Source of the DNA: an uncultured Gammaproteobacteria bacterium
Lineage (GTDB): Bacteria > Patescibacteriota > Patescibacteriia > CAIXNZ01
Reading direction: 5' to 3'
Assembly (NCBI GenBank): GCA_964400885.1
Contig: CAYNWH010000007.1
Span: 1-60,252, forward strand
DNA: 60,252 bases
Shown here: one piece after another, positions 1 through 9,982 of the stretch
Numbering within the stretch: the stretch's first letter is position 1
Layout: each line of letters opens with the position of its first letter
Notes under the pieces: model-generated
The model's database searches: none
Told to the model about the DNA's origin: nothing
The model's input: the letters and a program-made list of their open reading frames with translations, nothing else
Translations under genes and position numbers: made by a program

Positions 1-67
1 AAACAAAACCCCGACGTTTGCATAAAGAAACGATTTTTTCCATTAGATTATCATCTTTTTTTGCCAT
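1..67 (-). CDS. glyQS: glycine--tRNA ligase, first 22 codons only (gene runs off the left edge)
   Basis: The reverse complement of 1-67 reads ATG... = MAKKDDNLMEKIVSLCKRRGFV. The EKIVSLCKRRGF opening is the usual start of dimeric class-II GlyRS. It is too short to appear in the ORF track. Confidence 0.5.
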   Translation of the reverse strand, partial: MAKKDDNLMEKIVSLCKRRGFV

Positions 68-97
68 AATATTATTTATTAATAAAAATTCCCTTCC

Positions 98-166
98 CTA
101 ATTACTAATTACTAATCATATTATTCCATTCCCTAATCACTAATTACCAATTACTAATCACCAATT
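98..166. repeat. heptamer-periodic ACYAATN word array
   Basis: CTAATTA CTAATTA CTAATCA ... CCTAATC ACTAATT ACCAATT ACTAATC ACCAATT. Confidence 0.8.
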
Positions 167-728
167 ATATCGTCATTATCTCCTGTTCTTTTTCCTTAGC
201 CATTTCCTCTATTTTTTTATTGTAATCACTGACAAAATTATCCAAATCAGCCAAATAAGAATACTTATCATCTTCAGTTATTCCCTTATTTTTTTCCGCT
301 GCCAAGATTTCTTCCTTAAGCTGATCGCGCAGTTGGCGTAAACTTATTCTTGTTTTTTCAGATTTTTCACTGATAATCTTCAGGATTCCTTTTCTGTTTT
401 CTTCAGTCATGGGCGGAATTTTAGCAATTAATTTTTCACCAGTATTCACAACTGAAAGGCCTAAGTTAGAATAAGTCAAAGCCTTTTCTATATCTTTTAG
501 AACGCTTTTATCCCAGGGTTCAATACTAATACTTTTAGCTTCGGGCACACTAATAGAAGCCAATTGTTTTAAAGGCGTAGTGGCGCCATAAGCTTCTACC
601 TGAATATTTTCTACTAACATGGTCTGCGCCCGACCAGTCCTTAAAGCCATTAATTCTTCCTTAAAATGGCTTATAACCTTATCAAATTCAGCTTTGTTTT
701 TATCAATATAAATGTTGGAATTTGCCAT
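165..728 (-). CDS. frr: ribosome recycling factor
   Basis: 187 aa. The full-length RRF pattern is present (HFKEEL..LRTGRA....L..I.VEAYG...PL.Q.A.ISVPE......I.PWD). Confidence 0.95.
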   Translation of the reverse strand: MANSNIYIDKNKAEFDKVISHFKEELMALRTGRAQTMLVENIQVEAYGATTPLKQLASISVPEAKSISIEPWDKSVLKDIEKALTYSNLGLSVVNTGEKLIAKIPPMTEENRKGILKIISEKSEKTRISLRQLRDQLKEEILAAEKNKGITEDDKYSYLADLDNFVSDYNKKIEEMAKEKEQEIMTI

Positions 729-773
729 ATTTTATTTAAGTTAAAAGTTTAAAGTGTAAGGTTTATAAAGTTT

Positions 774-832
774 AGCTAAGAGCTTAGAGCTGCGGGCTTA
801 GAGCTCTCAGCCCAAGGCTCCGAGCCCACAGC
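774..832. repeat. GC-rich palindromic element (GCTTAGAGCT x2, GGGCT/AGCCC arms)
   Basis: GCTAAGAGCTTAGAGCTGCGGGCTTAGAGCTCTCAGCCCAAGGCTCCGAGCCCACAGC, in an otherwise AT-rich spacer. Confidence 0.7.
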
Positions 833-1944
833 TATTTTTTAATTGCTGCCCCCAAATATATTATATTAGTTTCTTTAGGATCAATCAGCAAAAAGTTAAT
901 GACCCCGCCGGTCGGTGATTTTTGCGTTGACCAATTCTTGCCGCCATCAGTTGACTTATACAATGTAGTGTCAGTCCCGTAATAAATAATCTTATCATCT
1001 TTTGGATCAATTGCCAAAGAATAAATATTAGCGCCCCGTTCCGGCGTAATTAATTCAATGCTTTGCCATGTTGTTCCTCCGTCAGTTGTTTTTAATAAGC
1101 CATATTGGGAAGCTAAAACCAAAGTATTCTTTTTAGTCATATCTTGAATCAGATAGCGGTAAACTTTACCATCATAAAAATCATTTAACCCTTTGTTAAT
1201 ATCAGTTTCCGGTTTATCATTGCTCCAAGTTTTACCAGCGTCAGTAGTTTTAAACAAGCCGGCTGTTTCCGTAGCAATATAAATAATGCGCGTATCATCT
1301 TTATCAATTAAAATTTGTTTGATGGGATTATCAATTCTTTTAATTGTCTGCCAGGTATCACCAAAATTAGTGCTTTTTAAAACTTCACCTTTACTTGTTC
1401 CGGCATAAACAATATTGCCATTGTAATGTTCGGTTTCTACATCTGTAATTTGCAAGTCTGCTCGGGAATCAAAATAAACTTCCTGCCAGGTACGCATACA
1501 ATCTTTTGACCGATAAATAGACTGGCCAGCCACCATAAAAACATTACATTTATCAAAATAATTTATAGCAATATCATTAATAACGCTGCCATCAAAAAAA
1601 TCAACATATTGCCAGCTATCAGCTGCGTCATAAGAATAAAACATTCCCTGCTGGGTAGCCAAATACAAAGCGTTATTGTCAGACGGATCCATGATAATTC
1701 TATTAACACTCGTATCACTAATAGCCAAAGGTTTGCCTTCGGCATTTGATAAAGCATTTTTAGCTTGCCAATTAGCACTGGCATCCACTGTTTTATGAAT
1801 CCCTAATTCGCCGCCAGTAACCTGGGGGCTTGTCTTTATTTGCACACAACCAGCCAAAATAGGCAAAAGCAGGAGAGCGAGAACGATTAAATGAATTTTA
1901 TTTTTACCAATTGAACTAATTTTTTCCTTTATAAATTTTGACAT
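832..1944 (-). CDS. BNR/Asp-box repeat beta-propeller lipoprotein (sialidase/Ycf48-like fold), function unknown
   Basis: Repeated S/T-x-D-x-G-x-T/S-W boxes (SYDAADSW, STNFGDTW, TTDAGKTW, TTDGGTTW, STDGGKNW). Signal peptide ends in the lipobox LAGC. Confidence 0.7.
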   Translation of the reverse strand: MSKFIKEKISSIGKNKIHLIVLALLLLPILAGCVQIKTSPQVTGGELGIHKTVDASANWQAKNALSNAEGKPLAISDTSVNRIIMDPSDNNALYLATQQGMFYSYDAADSWQYVDFFDGSVINDIAINYFDKCNVFMVAGQSIYRSKDCMRTWQEVYFDSRADLQITDVETEHYNGNIVYAGTSKGEVLKSTNFGDTWQTIKRIDNPIKQILIDKDDTRIIYIATETAGLFKTTDAGKTWSNDKPETDINKGLNDFYDGKVYRYLIQDMTKKNTLVLASQYGLLKTTDGGTTWQSIELITPERGANIYSLAIDPKDDKIIYYGTDTTLYKSTDGGKNWSTQKSPTGGVINFLLIDPKETNIIYLGAAIKK

Positions 1945-1958
1945 AAGTTTAAATTTTA

Positions 1959-3008
1959 TCAGCCAGAGGCTGATGCGCCTTTGGCGGAAAAATTTAAAAC
2001 TAAATTCTCCACCGCTAGACGCGGATTTATATTATAATTTAAAAATTGATTAATCTTTTTTATTTCAGACAGCAAACCGATTATTTCACTATTGGAATAT
2101 TTTTTTGCTAAGCGGCTAATTTTATCCTTGTAAGAAAAATTAGTCATTAAAGCAGATAAATTATTTTTTTCTAATAAAACGTCCCGCAAAATCAGCTGCC
2201 AAAAATCTAATTCCTCTTTCAGATAATCACTTATTTCTAAATTATTTTTAAAATCAAGCAATAAATCATTAATAATCCGGAAACGCGCGGTTAAATTATG
2301 CTGAAAAAGTTCTAAAAATTGATTGATTCTATCTGAATAATCCTTGAAAAGTTCTGGTTTTTTATAAAAATCAACAGCCAAACCAATTTGGCCATGAGCT
2401 AAAGCTGTAAATAAACGCCCCTGTTCGCGGCTTGCCTCCAAACTTATTAAATGATGGAAAATCTTTTCATCGCTAAGCGGTAAGAATTTAATTAATTGGC
2501 AGCGGGAGACAAGCGTAGCTAAAAGTAATTTAGGGTCAGTTGATATTAAAATTAGAATAGTTTTTCTTTTAGGTTCTTCTAAAATTTTCAAAAGAGCATT
2601 TTGGCTGCTTTCATTTAAATCATCAGCATTTTCTATTAAAGCAATTTTATAACTATTTAAAAAAGAGGCCATCTGCAAAAGTTTTTGCATTTCTCTGACT
2701 TGTTCAACACTGATATTCTTTTTATCTTCTTCTTTTTTTAAATAATAAACATCCGGATGAATCCCTTTGCTAATCTGGTTACAAAAAACACACTGGCCGC
2801 ATGGTATTTCCGCCAGGGGCAATTTATTTTTAAGATGATAATCGTGGCATAAAATAGCTGACATAAATTGCCGAGCCACAAAATTTTTGCCCAAATGGAC
2901 AGGACCGGCAAATAAATAAGCATGGGCTAATTTATCATTAACAATGTTTTTTTGCAAAAATTTAAGATTTTTTTCATGGCCGACTATCTGCCAATTAAAA
3001 TTTTTCAT
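1959..3008 (-). CDS. holB: DNA polymerase III delta' subunit
   Basis: AHAYLFAGPVHLGK P-loop-like box, CGQCVFCNQI zinc module and SRCQ sensor motif, all typical of HolB clamp-loader subunits. Confidence 0.85.
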   Translation of the reverse strand: MKNFNWQIVGHEKNLKFLQKNIVNDKLAHAYLFAGPVHLGKNFVARQFMSAILCHDYHLKNKLPLAEIPCGQCVFCNQISKGIHPDVYYLKKEEDKKNISVEQVREMQKLLQMASFLNSYKIALIENADDLNESSQNALLKILEEPKRKTILILISTDPKLLLATLVSRCQLIKFLPLSDEKIFHHLISLEASREQGRLFTALAHGQIGLAVDFYKKPELFKDYSDRINQFLELFQHNLTARFRIINDLLLDFKNNLEISDYLKEELDFWQLILRDVLLEKNNLSALMTNFSYKDKISRLAKKYSNSEIIGLLSEIKKINQFLNYNINPRLAVENLVLNFSAKGASASG

Positions 3009-3089
3009 GGTTTAATTATAACGAAAAAAAAGAGCTAAGTAAAGCCCTTTCTCAAACAAAAAAACTTGGCTAAAACCAAACACACATAA

Positions 3090-3129
3090 CCAATAACTAA
3101 TGACTAGTGACTAATGACCAATGACTAAT
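3090..3129. repeat. heptamer word array
   Basis: CCAATAA CTAATGA CTAGTGA CTAATGA CCAATGA CTAAT. Confidence 0.85.
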
Positions 3130-3130
3130 T

Positions 3131-4138
3131 TTATTTTGATCCCAAAATTGACCGTTTATAAGACTCCAGATTTTCCAAGGCAATGCCTGTGCCTTTAGCC
3201 ACGCAAAATAAAGCATCATCAGCCACATAAGCTGGCACGCCAGTCGCTTTAGAAACAAGCTGGTCAACATTACGCAATAATGAAGAGCCACCGCTTAAAA
3301 TAATGCCTTTATCAATAATATCAGCTGCTAATTCCGGCGGCGTATTATGTAATACTTCTTTAACTGCTTCTATGATTCCTTCTAATGGTGTAGAAATTGC
3401 TTCGACCACATCATTAGTAGTCATAGTAATTGTTCTGGGCAAACCAGTCACCATATCGCGTCCTCTCACTTCCATGGTTAAAGGCTCTTCCATGGGCAAT
3501 GCAGAACCAATATTAATTTTTATATCTTCTGATGTTCTTTCACCAATAGCTAAATTGTGATGACGCCGCGTATATTCCAAAATTGCCTGATCTAAACGGT
3601 TACCGCCGATTCTCACTGAGCCGCTGGAAACAATACCTCCTAATGAGATAACTGCAATTTCAGCGGTCCCGCCGCCAATATCAATAATCATGTTGCCAGA
3701 AGGACTGCCAATCGGAATACTGGCGCCAATCGCGGCCACTATTGGTTCTTTAATAATATAAGCAGCTTTGGCCCCAGCCGCCATAGTGGCATCAATTACT
3801 GCTCTTCTTTCAGTAGAAGTTATGCCGGCCGGGACTGCCACCATGACTTCTGGCCGAAAAATCCGAAAACCGCCCAAAGCTTTATTAATAAAATATCTTA
3901 ACATAGCCTCGGTTGTTTTATAATCAGCGATCACTCCGTCTTTTAATGGCCGGGAAGCAATAATCGTATCAGGCGTTTTACCTAGCATTTCTTTGGCTTC
4001 AATGCCTACTGCCATTATTTTTTTATCAGTCGTAGAAATCGCCACCACTGAAGGCTCGTTAATTACCACCCCTTTTTTGGGCAAATAGACTAAAATATTT
4101 GTGGTGCCTAAATCAATGCCGATTTTTTTTCTAAACAT
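3131..4138 (-). CDS. mreB: rod-shape determining actin homologue MreB
   Basis: IGIDLGTTN and DIGGGTAE phosphate-binding motifs; 335 aa collinear with MreB. Confidence 0.95.
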   Translation of the reverse strand: MFRKKIGIDLGTTNILVYLPKKGVVINEPSVVAISTTDKKIMAVGIEAKEMLGKTPDTIIASRPLKDGVIADYKTTEAMLRYFINKALGGFRIFRPEVMVAVPAGITSTERRAVIDATMAAGAKAAYIIKEPIVAAIGASIPIGSPSGNMIIDIGGGTAEIAVISLGGIVSSGSVRIGGNRLDQAILEYTRRHHNLAIGERTSEDIKINIGSALPMEEPLTMEVRGRDMVTGLPRTITMTTNDVVEAISTPLEGIIEAVKEVLHNTPPELAADIIDKGIILSGGSSLLRNVDQLVSKATGVPAYVADDALFCVAKGTGIALENLESYKRSILGSK

Positions 4139-4160
4139 ATTTGAAAAATTGGTAAATTAA

Positions 4161-4238
4161 GTTATTAGCAATTGGTTATTAAGTCATTGGTGAATTGTAT
4201 TTATAATATTCCTATCACTAATAACGAATCACCAATAG
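4161..4238. repeat. heptamer word arrays in inverted orientation around TATTTATAATATT
   Basis: ATTAGCAATTGGTTATTAAGTCATTGGTG ... CACTAATAACGAATCACCAATAG. Confidence 0.75.
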
Positions 4239-4246
4239 CCTCATTT

Positions 4247-6325
4247 TTATTTAAAGGTTACAGCAAACTCCTTATCACTATCCAAAGACGTTGAAAAATT
4301 ATAAGAAGTATTAAACCATTCGCTTTCTAGTTCTGCAGGGCCGGCTGATTTTATAGTTTTAGCAAATTTTAAATCCAATGTCAAATTAGGAATTACGCCT
4401 GGCTGTTTCTGAACTAAAAGGTTATAATTGCCGCTTTGGATCTGCTCCTTAATCCTTTGTGGCAGCTTATACTCAAAAGTTAAAACCCCGGTTTCATGAG
4501 GCTCTATGGAAATAAAAGCGCCAAAATAAGTCTTATTAAATTCTTCAGCCACTTCAACCTGGCCAGACTTGCCTTCAGGATCTCTGACTTTATCATTTTC
4601 CATTGCACCGCTGGAGCTTAATAATTCACTGCCTAAAGGTACATAAACTCTGGTATAGGATCTTAGCCTGGTTGATTTCCAGGTAAAATCCGCTTTGTTT
4701 TTATAAGTTAAAACAACTTTGGCAATAAGATCATCGCCCTGCCAGTTCAAAGAATAATCAGTAAAACGCTGCACATACTGGTCTGTTTTTAAACTGCCTA
4801 AATTACTATCAACTGCAAATAAATAATCATTGTCAGTATTTTTAACTTCCCCGCTCCAGCCGCGGCCAATTACTATTTGCTCTAATTCAGGATCTGTCAT
4901 ATAAATTAAAATTTGTTTTTGCTTTAAAGCATTAATCGCAATATCCAAAACCTCAGGCAATCTGCTGGTCGGCAAAGTGATGAGCTTAATCCTAATCTGA
5001 TCAGCCAGCTGTTTAATAATGCCTTTTCTTTCGGAAATCGGGATATTTTGTTCCTGATAAAGCTTGCCAACTATTAATTCCAGCTGATCCTGATAATTAT
5101 CTTCAGTAAATATCTGATTATCAACAACTAAAGGTCCGGTTAAATGCAATAATCCTTTTAAAATTTCCGGCGTCATGGCAATCACGCCATATAAATCCTG
5201 CTCATAAGGCAAAACATCCGGAATTTCTGTACCTTTTTCGCCGATAATTGGCTGGCCAGATTCTTTAAATCCTAAAATAACCTCGTTTTCCTTATCATAT
5301 ATATCCATGGCTTTCTTGGCAGTAGTCGGAAAATCAGGCGACCAGTTAATGTCGCGCAATGACCAGTCTGCTTGCTCTAAATATTTAGCGATTTGCCAGG
5401 GCGAAGCTTCTTTAACAACATGCTGGGTTGAACGGTCCAGATTATAAATATTATCAGTATCAAAACTTTCAATATCGCCGTCTTTTAATTTCAAAATGCC
5501 ATAAGTGCCGATAAACCCGCCAGTAGGACGCAATTCAGAATTATTTTGCAGTAAAAATAAATAGCTTCTGGGCTGATCAAAACCAACTACTTGCGGAATA
5601 ACTTTAAGCGTTGGCAAAGCATAATCAATCAGCTCTTTGACTTTGGGCAAATTTTCTTTTAGCGGCGCAATCCCGTCGCGCAATGGCTTAACTAATTTTT
5701 CTTCTGGAATAGCATCAATTGCCACTACTGCCTCGTCAATTTCTGATTGTACTTCTAAAAGCAAATCTTCTGACTCAACTATTTTATTTAAAATTTCTTT
5801 TTTCTGCGCTGTAGTAATTGTGGCATAAGTAATTGATTCATTTTGCAAAGGCGCCACAATATCATCAACCAATAAAACCACTTTTTCACCGCTGTCAGTT
5901 AATTTAATGCCAGCAATCAGAAGCTGATCAACCGCTTTAAATTGGCTGCCAACATAAGGTATCTGGCGCACAATAACAATTTTGTCCAAAAGACTTTTCG
6001 CCTGATTAAATTCTGAATTAGCCTGGCTGATTGAATCGGCAGCGCCTTTGAAATCGCGGTTAGTAACCTGATGAATAGCTGACTCCAAATTAGCTTTGGC
6101 CTCAAATGATAAATTATAAGCCTGCTTAAAATTTTCATAATAAACCAGGGCTAAAACAGCAGCAAGAATTAAAAAAGCAACCAAAAGCCCTAAAACAATT
6201 TTAAGCAATAAAAAAAACCTGTCTTTAAAGAGCGAACGCTTTGGTTTTTCTGTAATTTTAGAAAAATCAGGCGAAATATTCTGAGGCATCTCTGCCTTTT
6301 TGTCTTCAAATTGAGAAATAGGCAT
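4247..6325 (-). CDS. DUF4012 domain membrane-anchored protein
   Basis: N-terminal TM anchor followed by LLQNNSELRPTGGFIGTYG, the signature segment of DUF4012. Sits upstream of glycosyltransferases. Confidence 0.7.
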   Translation of the reverse strand: MPISQFEDKKAEMPQNISPDFSKITEKPKRSLFKDRFFLLLKIVLGLLVAFLILAAVLALVYYENFKQAYNLSFEAKANLESAIHQVTNRDFKGAADSISQANSEFNQAKSLLDKIVIVRQIPYVGSQFKAVDQLLIAGIKLTDSGEKVVLLVDDIVAPLQNESITYATITTAQKKEILNKIVESEDLLLEVQSEIDEAVVAIDAIPEEKLVKPLRDGIAPLKENLPKVKELIDYALPTLKVIPQVVGFDQPRSYLFLLQNNSELRPTGGFIGTYGILKLKDGDIESFDTDNIYNLDRSTQHVVKEASPWQIAKYLEQADWSLRDINWSPDFPTTAKKAMDIYDKENEVILGFKESGQPIIGEKGTEIPDVLPYEQDLYGVIAMTPEILKGLLHLTGPLVVDNQIFTEDNYQDQLELIVGKLYQEQNIPISERKGIIKQLADQIRIKLITLPTSRLPEVLDIAINALKQKQILIYMTDPELEQIVIGRGWSGEVKNTDNDYLFAVDSNLGSLKTDQYVQRFTDYSLNWQGDDLIAKVVLTYKNKADFTWKSTRLRSYTRVYVPLGSELLSSSGAMENDKVRDPEGKSGQVEVAEEFNKTYFGAFISIEPHETGVLTFEYKLPQRIKEQIQSGNYNLLVQKQPGVIPNLTLDLKFAKTIKSAGPAELESEWFNTSYNFSTSLDSDKEFAVTFK

Positions 6326-6361
6326 GGTAGAAATTTAAAATTCAAAATTTAAAATTTAAAA

Positions 6362-7171
6362 TTATTGTCCACGGCCAGTATTTTTAACGCTGAAATATTT
6401 GGTAAAATATTTTATCCAGGAAGCAATATGCCAGCGTGTCATTTTATTAAAATTCCAAAAATTCCAATTATCAGCCGCTGAAGCACGTTCGTAAAGATGC
6501 ACCATTTCAGCTTCAGCCAAATAATAAACTTTAAAATTATCCATCCAAAACCTGCGGCACCAATCCATATCTTCAACATAAAAGAAAAATCTTTCATCCA
6601 GTAACCCGACCTTATCCAAGGCTGATTTCCTGGCCAGCATGCAAGCTCCCATTACCCAATCAACTTCCTGATTTCGTTGATGATCAAAATCCAGCATTAA
6701 ATGGTCAGCTAATTGTTTTTTGGCAAATGGCAATTTGCCTAAAGGTGTGCGGCGATAAAATATTAATTTAGGTGTCTGAAAAGTGCGGCAGGAAATCTGA
6801 TAACTGCCATTGGGATTGATTAATTTCGGCCCGGCCAAACCCACCTCCTGATTGTTCTCCATAAAATTAAACATTTTTTCAATTGAACCATTCAAAACAG
6901 TAACATCAGGATTTAATAGCATAATATATTTGCCTTGCGCTTCTTTAATGCCAATATTATTGCCAGCCGCAAATCCTAAGTTTTTACCTGTTTGAATAAA
7001 TTTTATGTCAGGGAAATTTTCTTTCATCATGTTTTCAATATCATCACGAGAGCCATTATCAACCACAATAATCTCATAAGCCAAATTAGCAGTTGAAACC
7101 CTGACATTTCTGATGCACTGCTTAACCAGCCCCTTGGTTTTGTAATTCAAAATGATAATTGATAAATCCAT
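6362..7171 (-). CDS. family-2 glycosyltransferase
   Basis: IIILNYKT...VVDNGSRDD...LLNPDV motifs of a GT-A fold GT2 enzyme. Confidence 0.85.
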   Translation of the reverse strand: MDLSIIILNYKTKGLVKQCIRNVRVSTANLAYEIIVVDNGSRDDIENMMKENFPDIKFIQTGKNLGFAAGNNIGIKEAQGKYIMLLNPDVTVLNGSIEKMFNFMENNQEVGLAGPKLINPNGSYQISCRTFQTPKLIFYRRTPLGKLPFAKKQLADHLMLDFDHQRNQEVDWVMGACMLARKSALDKVGLLDERFFFYVEDMDWCRRFWMDNFKVYYLAEAEMVHLYERASAADNWNFWNFNKMTRWHIASWIKYFTKYFSVKNTGRGQ

Positions 7172-7220
7172 AGATTTTTAAATTCCAATAAACAATACTC
7201 AAATTCCAAACAATAATTAA

Positions 7221-7309
7221 TATCCAATAGCTAATGGCCGAATTATTTAGGAATTAGAAATTAGTTATTAGAAATTGTTTGATTATTGGTGCTTGATCAT
7301 TGGTCATTA
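7221..7309. repeat. heptamer word arrays, both orientations
   Basis: CCAATAGCTAATGGCC ... ATTAGTTATTAG ... GATTATTGGTGCTTGATCATTGGTCATTA. Confidence 0.75.
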
Positions 7310-8347
7310 TCACACAAACCATTTCCTCATCTGTTCATCTTTTACTAGCCGGTTTTTCATTATAAATCTGCGTTTAGCTTTCATTATTTTTAATTTGGCG
7401 AAAAACTCTTTCAGACTTGCCAGCGTTGACCATTCAAAAAATAAAATATAAATAAATTTCTTTAATTCATAAAAAGTTATATGAAAGAAATAACGCCAAA
7501 AATTCTTAGAACTTAAATTTTTAACCAGGACGAAAAGATGATTCTTATAAGAATGGTAATTGATGAATTTATGTTTGCTTTTTCTTTGGCTGATAATTCT
7601 TAATTCGGAATTTTTTTCATTAGATTTGGCTGTCCGATCATGATAAGCTTTGGCCTGCGGGCAGTAAAAACTTGACCAGGCACGATGACGCAAACGATAA
7701 GCCAAATCAACATCTTCTTTATAGCTGAAAAAATCATTATCAAAAAATTCATCATTATAACGCACATCTTCCAAGGCTTTACGCCGGTAAACTGCGCAAG
7801 TAGCGCTAGGGCCTAATATTTCTTGCTCTGTTTCAAAACCTCCCAGATCTTTCTCTCCGGCAGCAATATCTATGACCCTTTGATTCTTGAAAATTTTTAA
7901 GCCTAGTGAGTCAATTATATCAGATTTGTGGCTTTTTTTCAAGTCTTCTGTGTGCTCAAATTGCCAGCGTAAAATCTTACCAGAAACTGAACCTACATTT
8001 TTATTTTCTTCTAAAAAACCTGCTATTTCGGCTAAAAAATCCTTATCTAAAATAACATCCTGATTTAAAACTAAGACATAATCTGAATCTGACCATAAAA
8101 GCGCCTGGTTATGAGCACGGGCGAACCCGAGATTCTCTTTATTTTTTATCAGCCTTATTTGGGAGCCCAAAACCGGTAAAAACTGATTTTCCATAATTTT
8201 AACAGTCTGGTCAACAGAACCATTATCTATAACCAATAAAAAATAATCCTTAAAAGTTTGTTCAAGAATTGAATTTAAACATTCTTCAATATATTTCTGA
8301 CCATTCCAGGTCACTAAATGGATAGAAAATTTGGACATATTTTTCAA
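7310..8347 (-). CDS. family-2 glycosyltransferase
   Basis: LVTWNG...VIDNGSVDQT...VLNQDV motifs of a GT2 enzyme (rhamnosyltransferase-like layout). Confidence 0.85.
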   Translation of the reverse strand: MKNMSKFSIHLVTWNGQKYIEECLNSILEQTFKDYFLLVIDNGSVDQTVKIMENQFLPVLGSQIRLIKNKENLGFARAHNQALLWSDSDYVLVLNQDVILDKDFLAEIAGFLEENKNVGSVSGKILRWQFEHTEDLKKSHKSDIIDSLGLKIFKNQRVIDIAAGEKDLGGFETEQEILGPSATCAVYRRKALEDVRYNDEFFDNDFFSYKEDVDLAYRLRHRAWSSFYCPQAKAYHDRTAKSNEKNSELRIISQRKSKHKFINYHSYKNHLFVLVKNLSSKNFWRYFFHITFYELKKFIYILFFEWSTLASLKEFFAKLKIMKAKRRFIMKNRLVKDEQMRKWFV

Positions 8348-8348
8348 G

Positions 8349-8470
8349 CTATTGGTTATTGGTCATCAGTTATTGGTGATAGGAATTTAAATTGGCTATT
8401 GGTTAGTATAATTTTTTATTAAATAAATTTCCAATAACATAATAACTGATAACAAATTACTAATAACTAA
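8349..8470. repeat. heptamer word arrays in inverted orientation around a TAGTATAAT core
   Basis: GCTATTG GTTATTG GTCATCA GTTATTG GTGATAG ... CCAATAACATAATAACTGATAACAAATTACTAATAACTAAT. The arms can pair (GTTATTGG/CCAATAAC, TCAGTTATT/AATAACTGA). Confidence 0.8.
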
Positions 8471-9976
8471 TTATTTTCTATTTTTTGGTGTCACAAAAAA
8501 GCCTAAATATTTCCCAATCATCAACCGTGTCTGTGCATCAGCCGCTGGGATTGCCCCAAAAATAACCACATTTATCGGCAGTAATACCCATTGCAAAAAC
8601 ATTATCAGCCATTTAAATTTAGGATGCTGTTTAGGACGCGGGGGCAAAAGTCTAATGCTTAAAATAGCAGAAACTAAAATGCCTAGCATGCCTAAGGTCA
8701 TCAAATATTCCAAAACAAAAGGAGCATTCTGCGCAATAACTGTTGATTTAACTGCCGGACCAGCCACATAAAGAGGCAAACGTCCTAAAACAAAAAGCAA
8801 AATTGGTGCCGTGGCCCAGGAATACATGCCTTCCCCTAAATTCCAAATATATTTTATCCTGGTTTTAAAAGGTATCAAGTCTTTCTTCTTATTAAAATGG
8901 TAAAGCATATAAGGAAAATGTTCTACACCCCAGCCCCAGCGCCTTTGTTGTTTATATAAACTTTTGAATCCGTCCCAAATAGATTTTTCCGCAATAACTG
9001 TATCCATGGAAACCGGTATGTATAAAGGTGTAACTTCATAATCGCCGTTATAATGAATAAAACATTGCAAAAAAATGCGAGAATCATCAGTCACGATATC
9101 TTTTTCCCAAAAACCAACATCAACTAAAGCTTTAAAACTCATAGCGTGCGAAGAAAAAGTATAAAGCCGGTCAGGCCGCATTAATTCAGCCAAAAGCCAA
9201 AAAACCGTGGAAAAAGCAGTAATTCTCATGGGAGCAGGCGCTTCCCAAATATTATTGTTATATAAAACTGCTGGCTGAAATGAAGAACGCGTCGGATTAG
9301 GATGCGTAATATAACAGTGAGTTAAATAATCCATGTATTTAGGATGGACAGAGGTATCACAATCAAAATACGAAACAATAACTTTTTCATAAGGAATATT
9401 TAATTGGTCAATTAACTCTTTGCATTTCCAACCCACCCAATTAGCGTTAGCGCCTTTGCCTTTTAATTCTCCGACTAAGCCGTCTGGATGCAAGGTAGTC
9501 AAGAGCTTGAAAAATTTATTTTCATAATTTTGCTTAATCCGTGGTTCCACTGCTTCATAAACTTCTTTTTTCCTTTCTTCCCAGGAAATTGCCACAATAA
9601 TTTTATCAGCTGGATAGCCGCAGGCTAAAATACCATCTAAGGAAGTTTCTAATACTTCATAAGGTTCAGAATAAGTCGGCAAAATAAACAAATGATAATG
9701 ATCCTGCCAATTGGGTAAAGATTCTCTTTTGTTTTTCCAATCAACTTTTACCTCCTTATTAAACATATAAGCTGAAACAATATTATAAAAAACAAAATAA
9801 AAAAGCCGCAAAACCCAATACAAGGAAAATAAAATAATAAAATAAATAACCCAAAGCGGTTTAATAAAAGAAAAAACAATTGAACCAATAAAAGTAACCC
9901 AGATTGCTAAACCTGGGATTATTTCTCTGCGTCTGTATTTTTTCCGTTCTTTTTCAGTAAATTTATCTAAATGCAT
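8471..9976 (-). CDS. membrane-integrated processive family-2 glycosyltransferase (cellulose/chitin-synthase-like)
   Basis: Multiple TM segments at both ends, a FDCDT acidic motif and QRRWGWG, which is the Q(Q/R)xRW hallmark of processive beta-glycan synthases. Confidence 0.7.
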   Translation of the reverse strand: MHLDKFTEKERKKYRRREIIPGLAIWVTFIGSIVFSFIKPLWVIYFIILFSLYWVLRLFYFVFYNIVSAYMFNKEVKVDWKNKRESLPNWQDHYHLFILPTYSEPYEVLETSLDGILACGYPADKIIVAISWEERKKEVYEAVEPRIKQNYENKFFKLLTTLHPDGLVGELKGKGANANWVGWKCKELIDQLNIPYEKVIVSYFDCDTSVHPKYMDYLTHCYITHPNPTRSSFQPAVLYNNNIWEAPAPMRITAFSTVFWLLAELMRPDRLYTFSSHAMSFKALVDVGFWEKDIVTDDSRIFLQCFIHYNGDYEVTPLYIPVSMDTVIAEKSIWDGFKSLYKQQRRWGWGVEHFPYMLYHFNKKKDLIPFKTRIKYIWNLGEGMYSWATAPILLFVLGRLPLYVAGPAVKSTVIAQNAPFVLEYLMTLGMLGILVSAILSIRLLPPRPKQHPKFKWLIMFLQWVLLPINVVIFGAIPAADAQTRLMIGKYLGFFVTPKNRK

Positions 9977-9982
9977 AGACTC

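Noticed and set aside
1563-6138. ORF-track entries 1563-1784, 2738-2923, 3097-3291, 3303-3560, 5637-5828 and 5917-6138.
   Set aside because: All lie inside, or antisense to, well-supported genes (BNR protein, holB, mreB, DUF4012). They have no motifs and low-complexity translations, so they are shadow ORFs.
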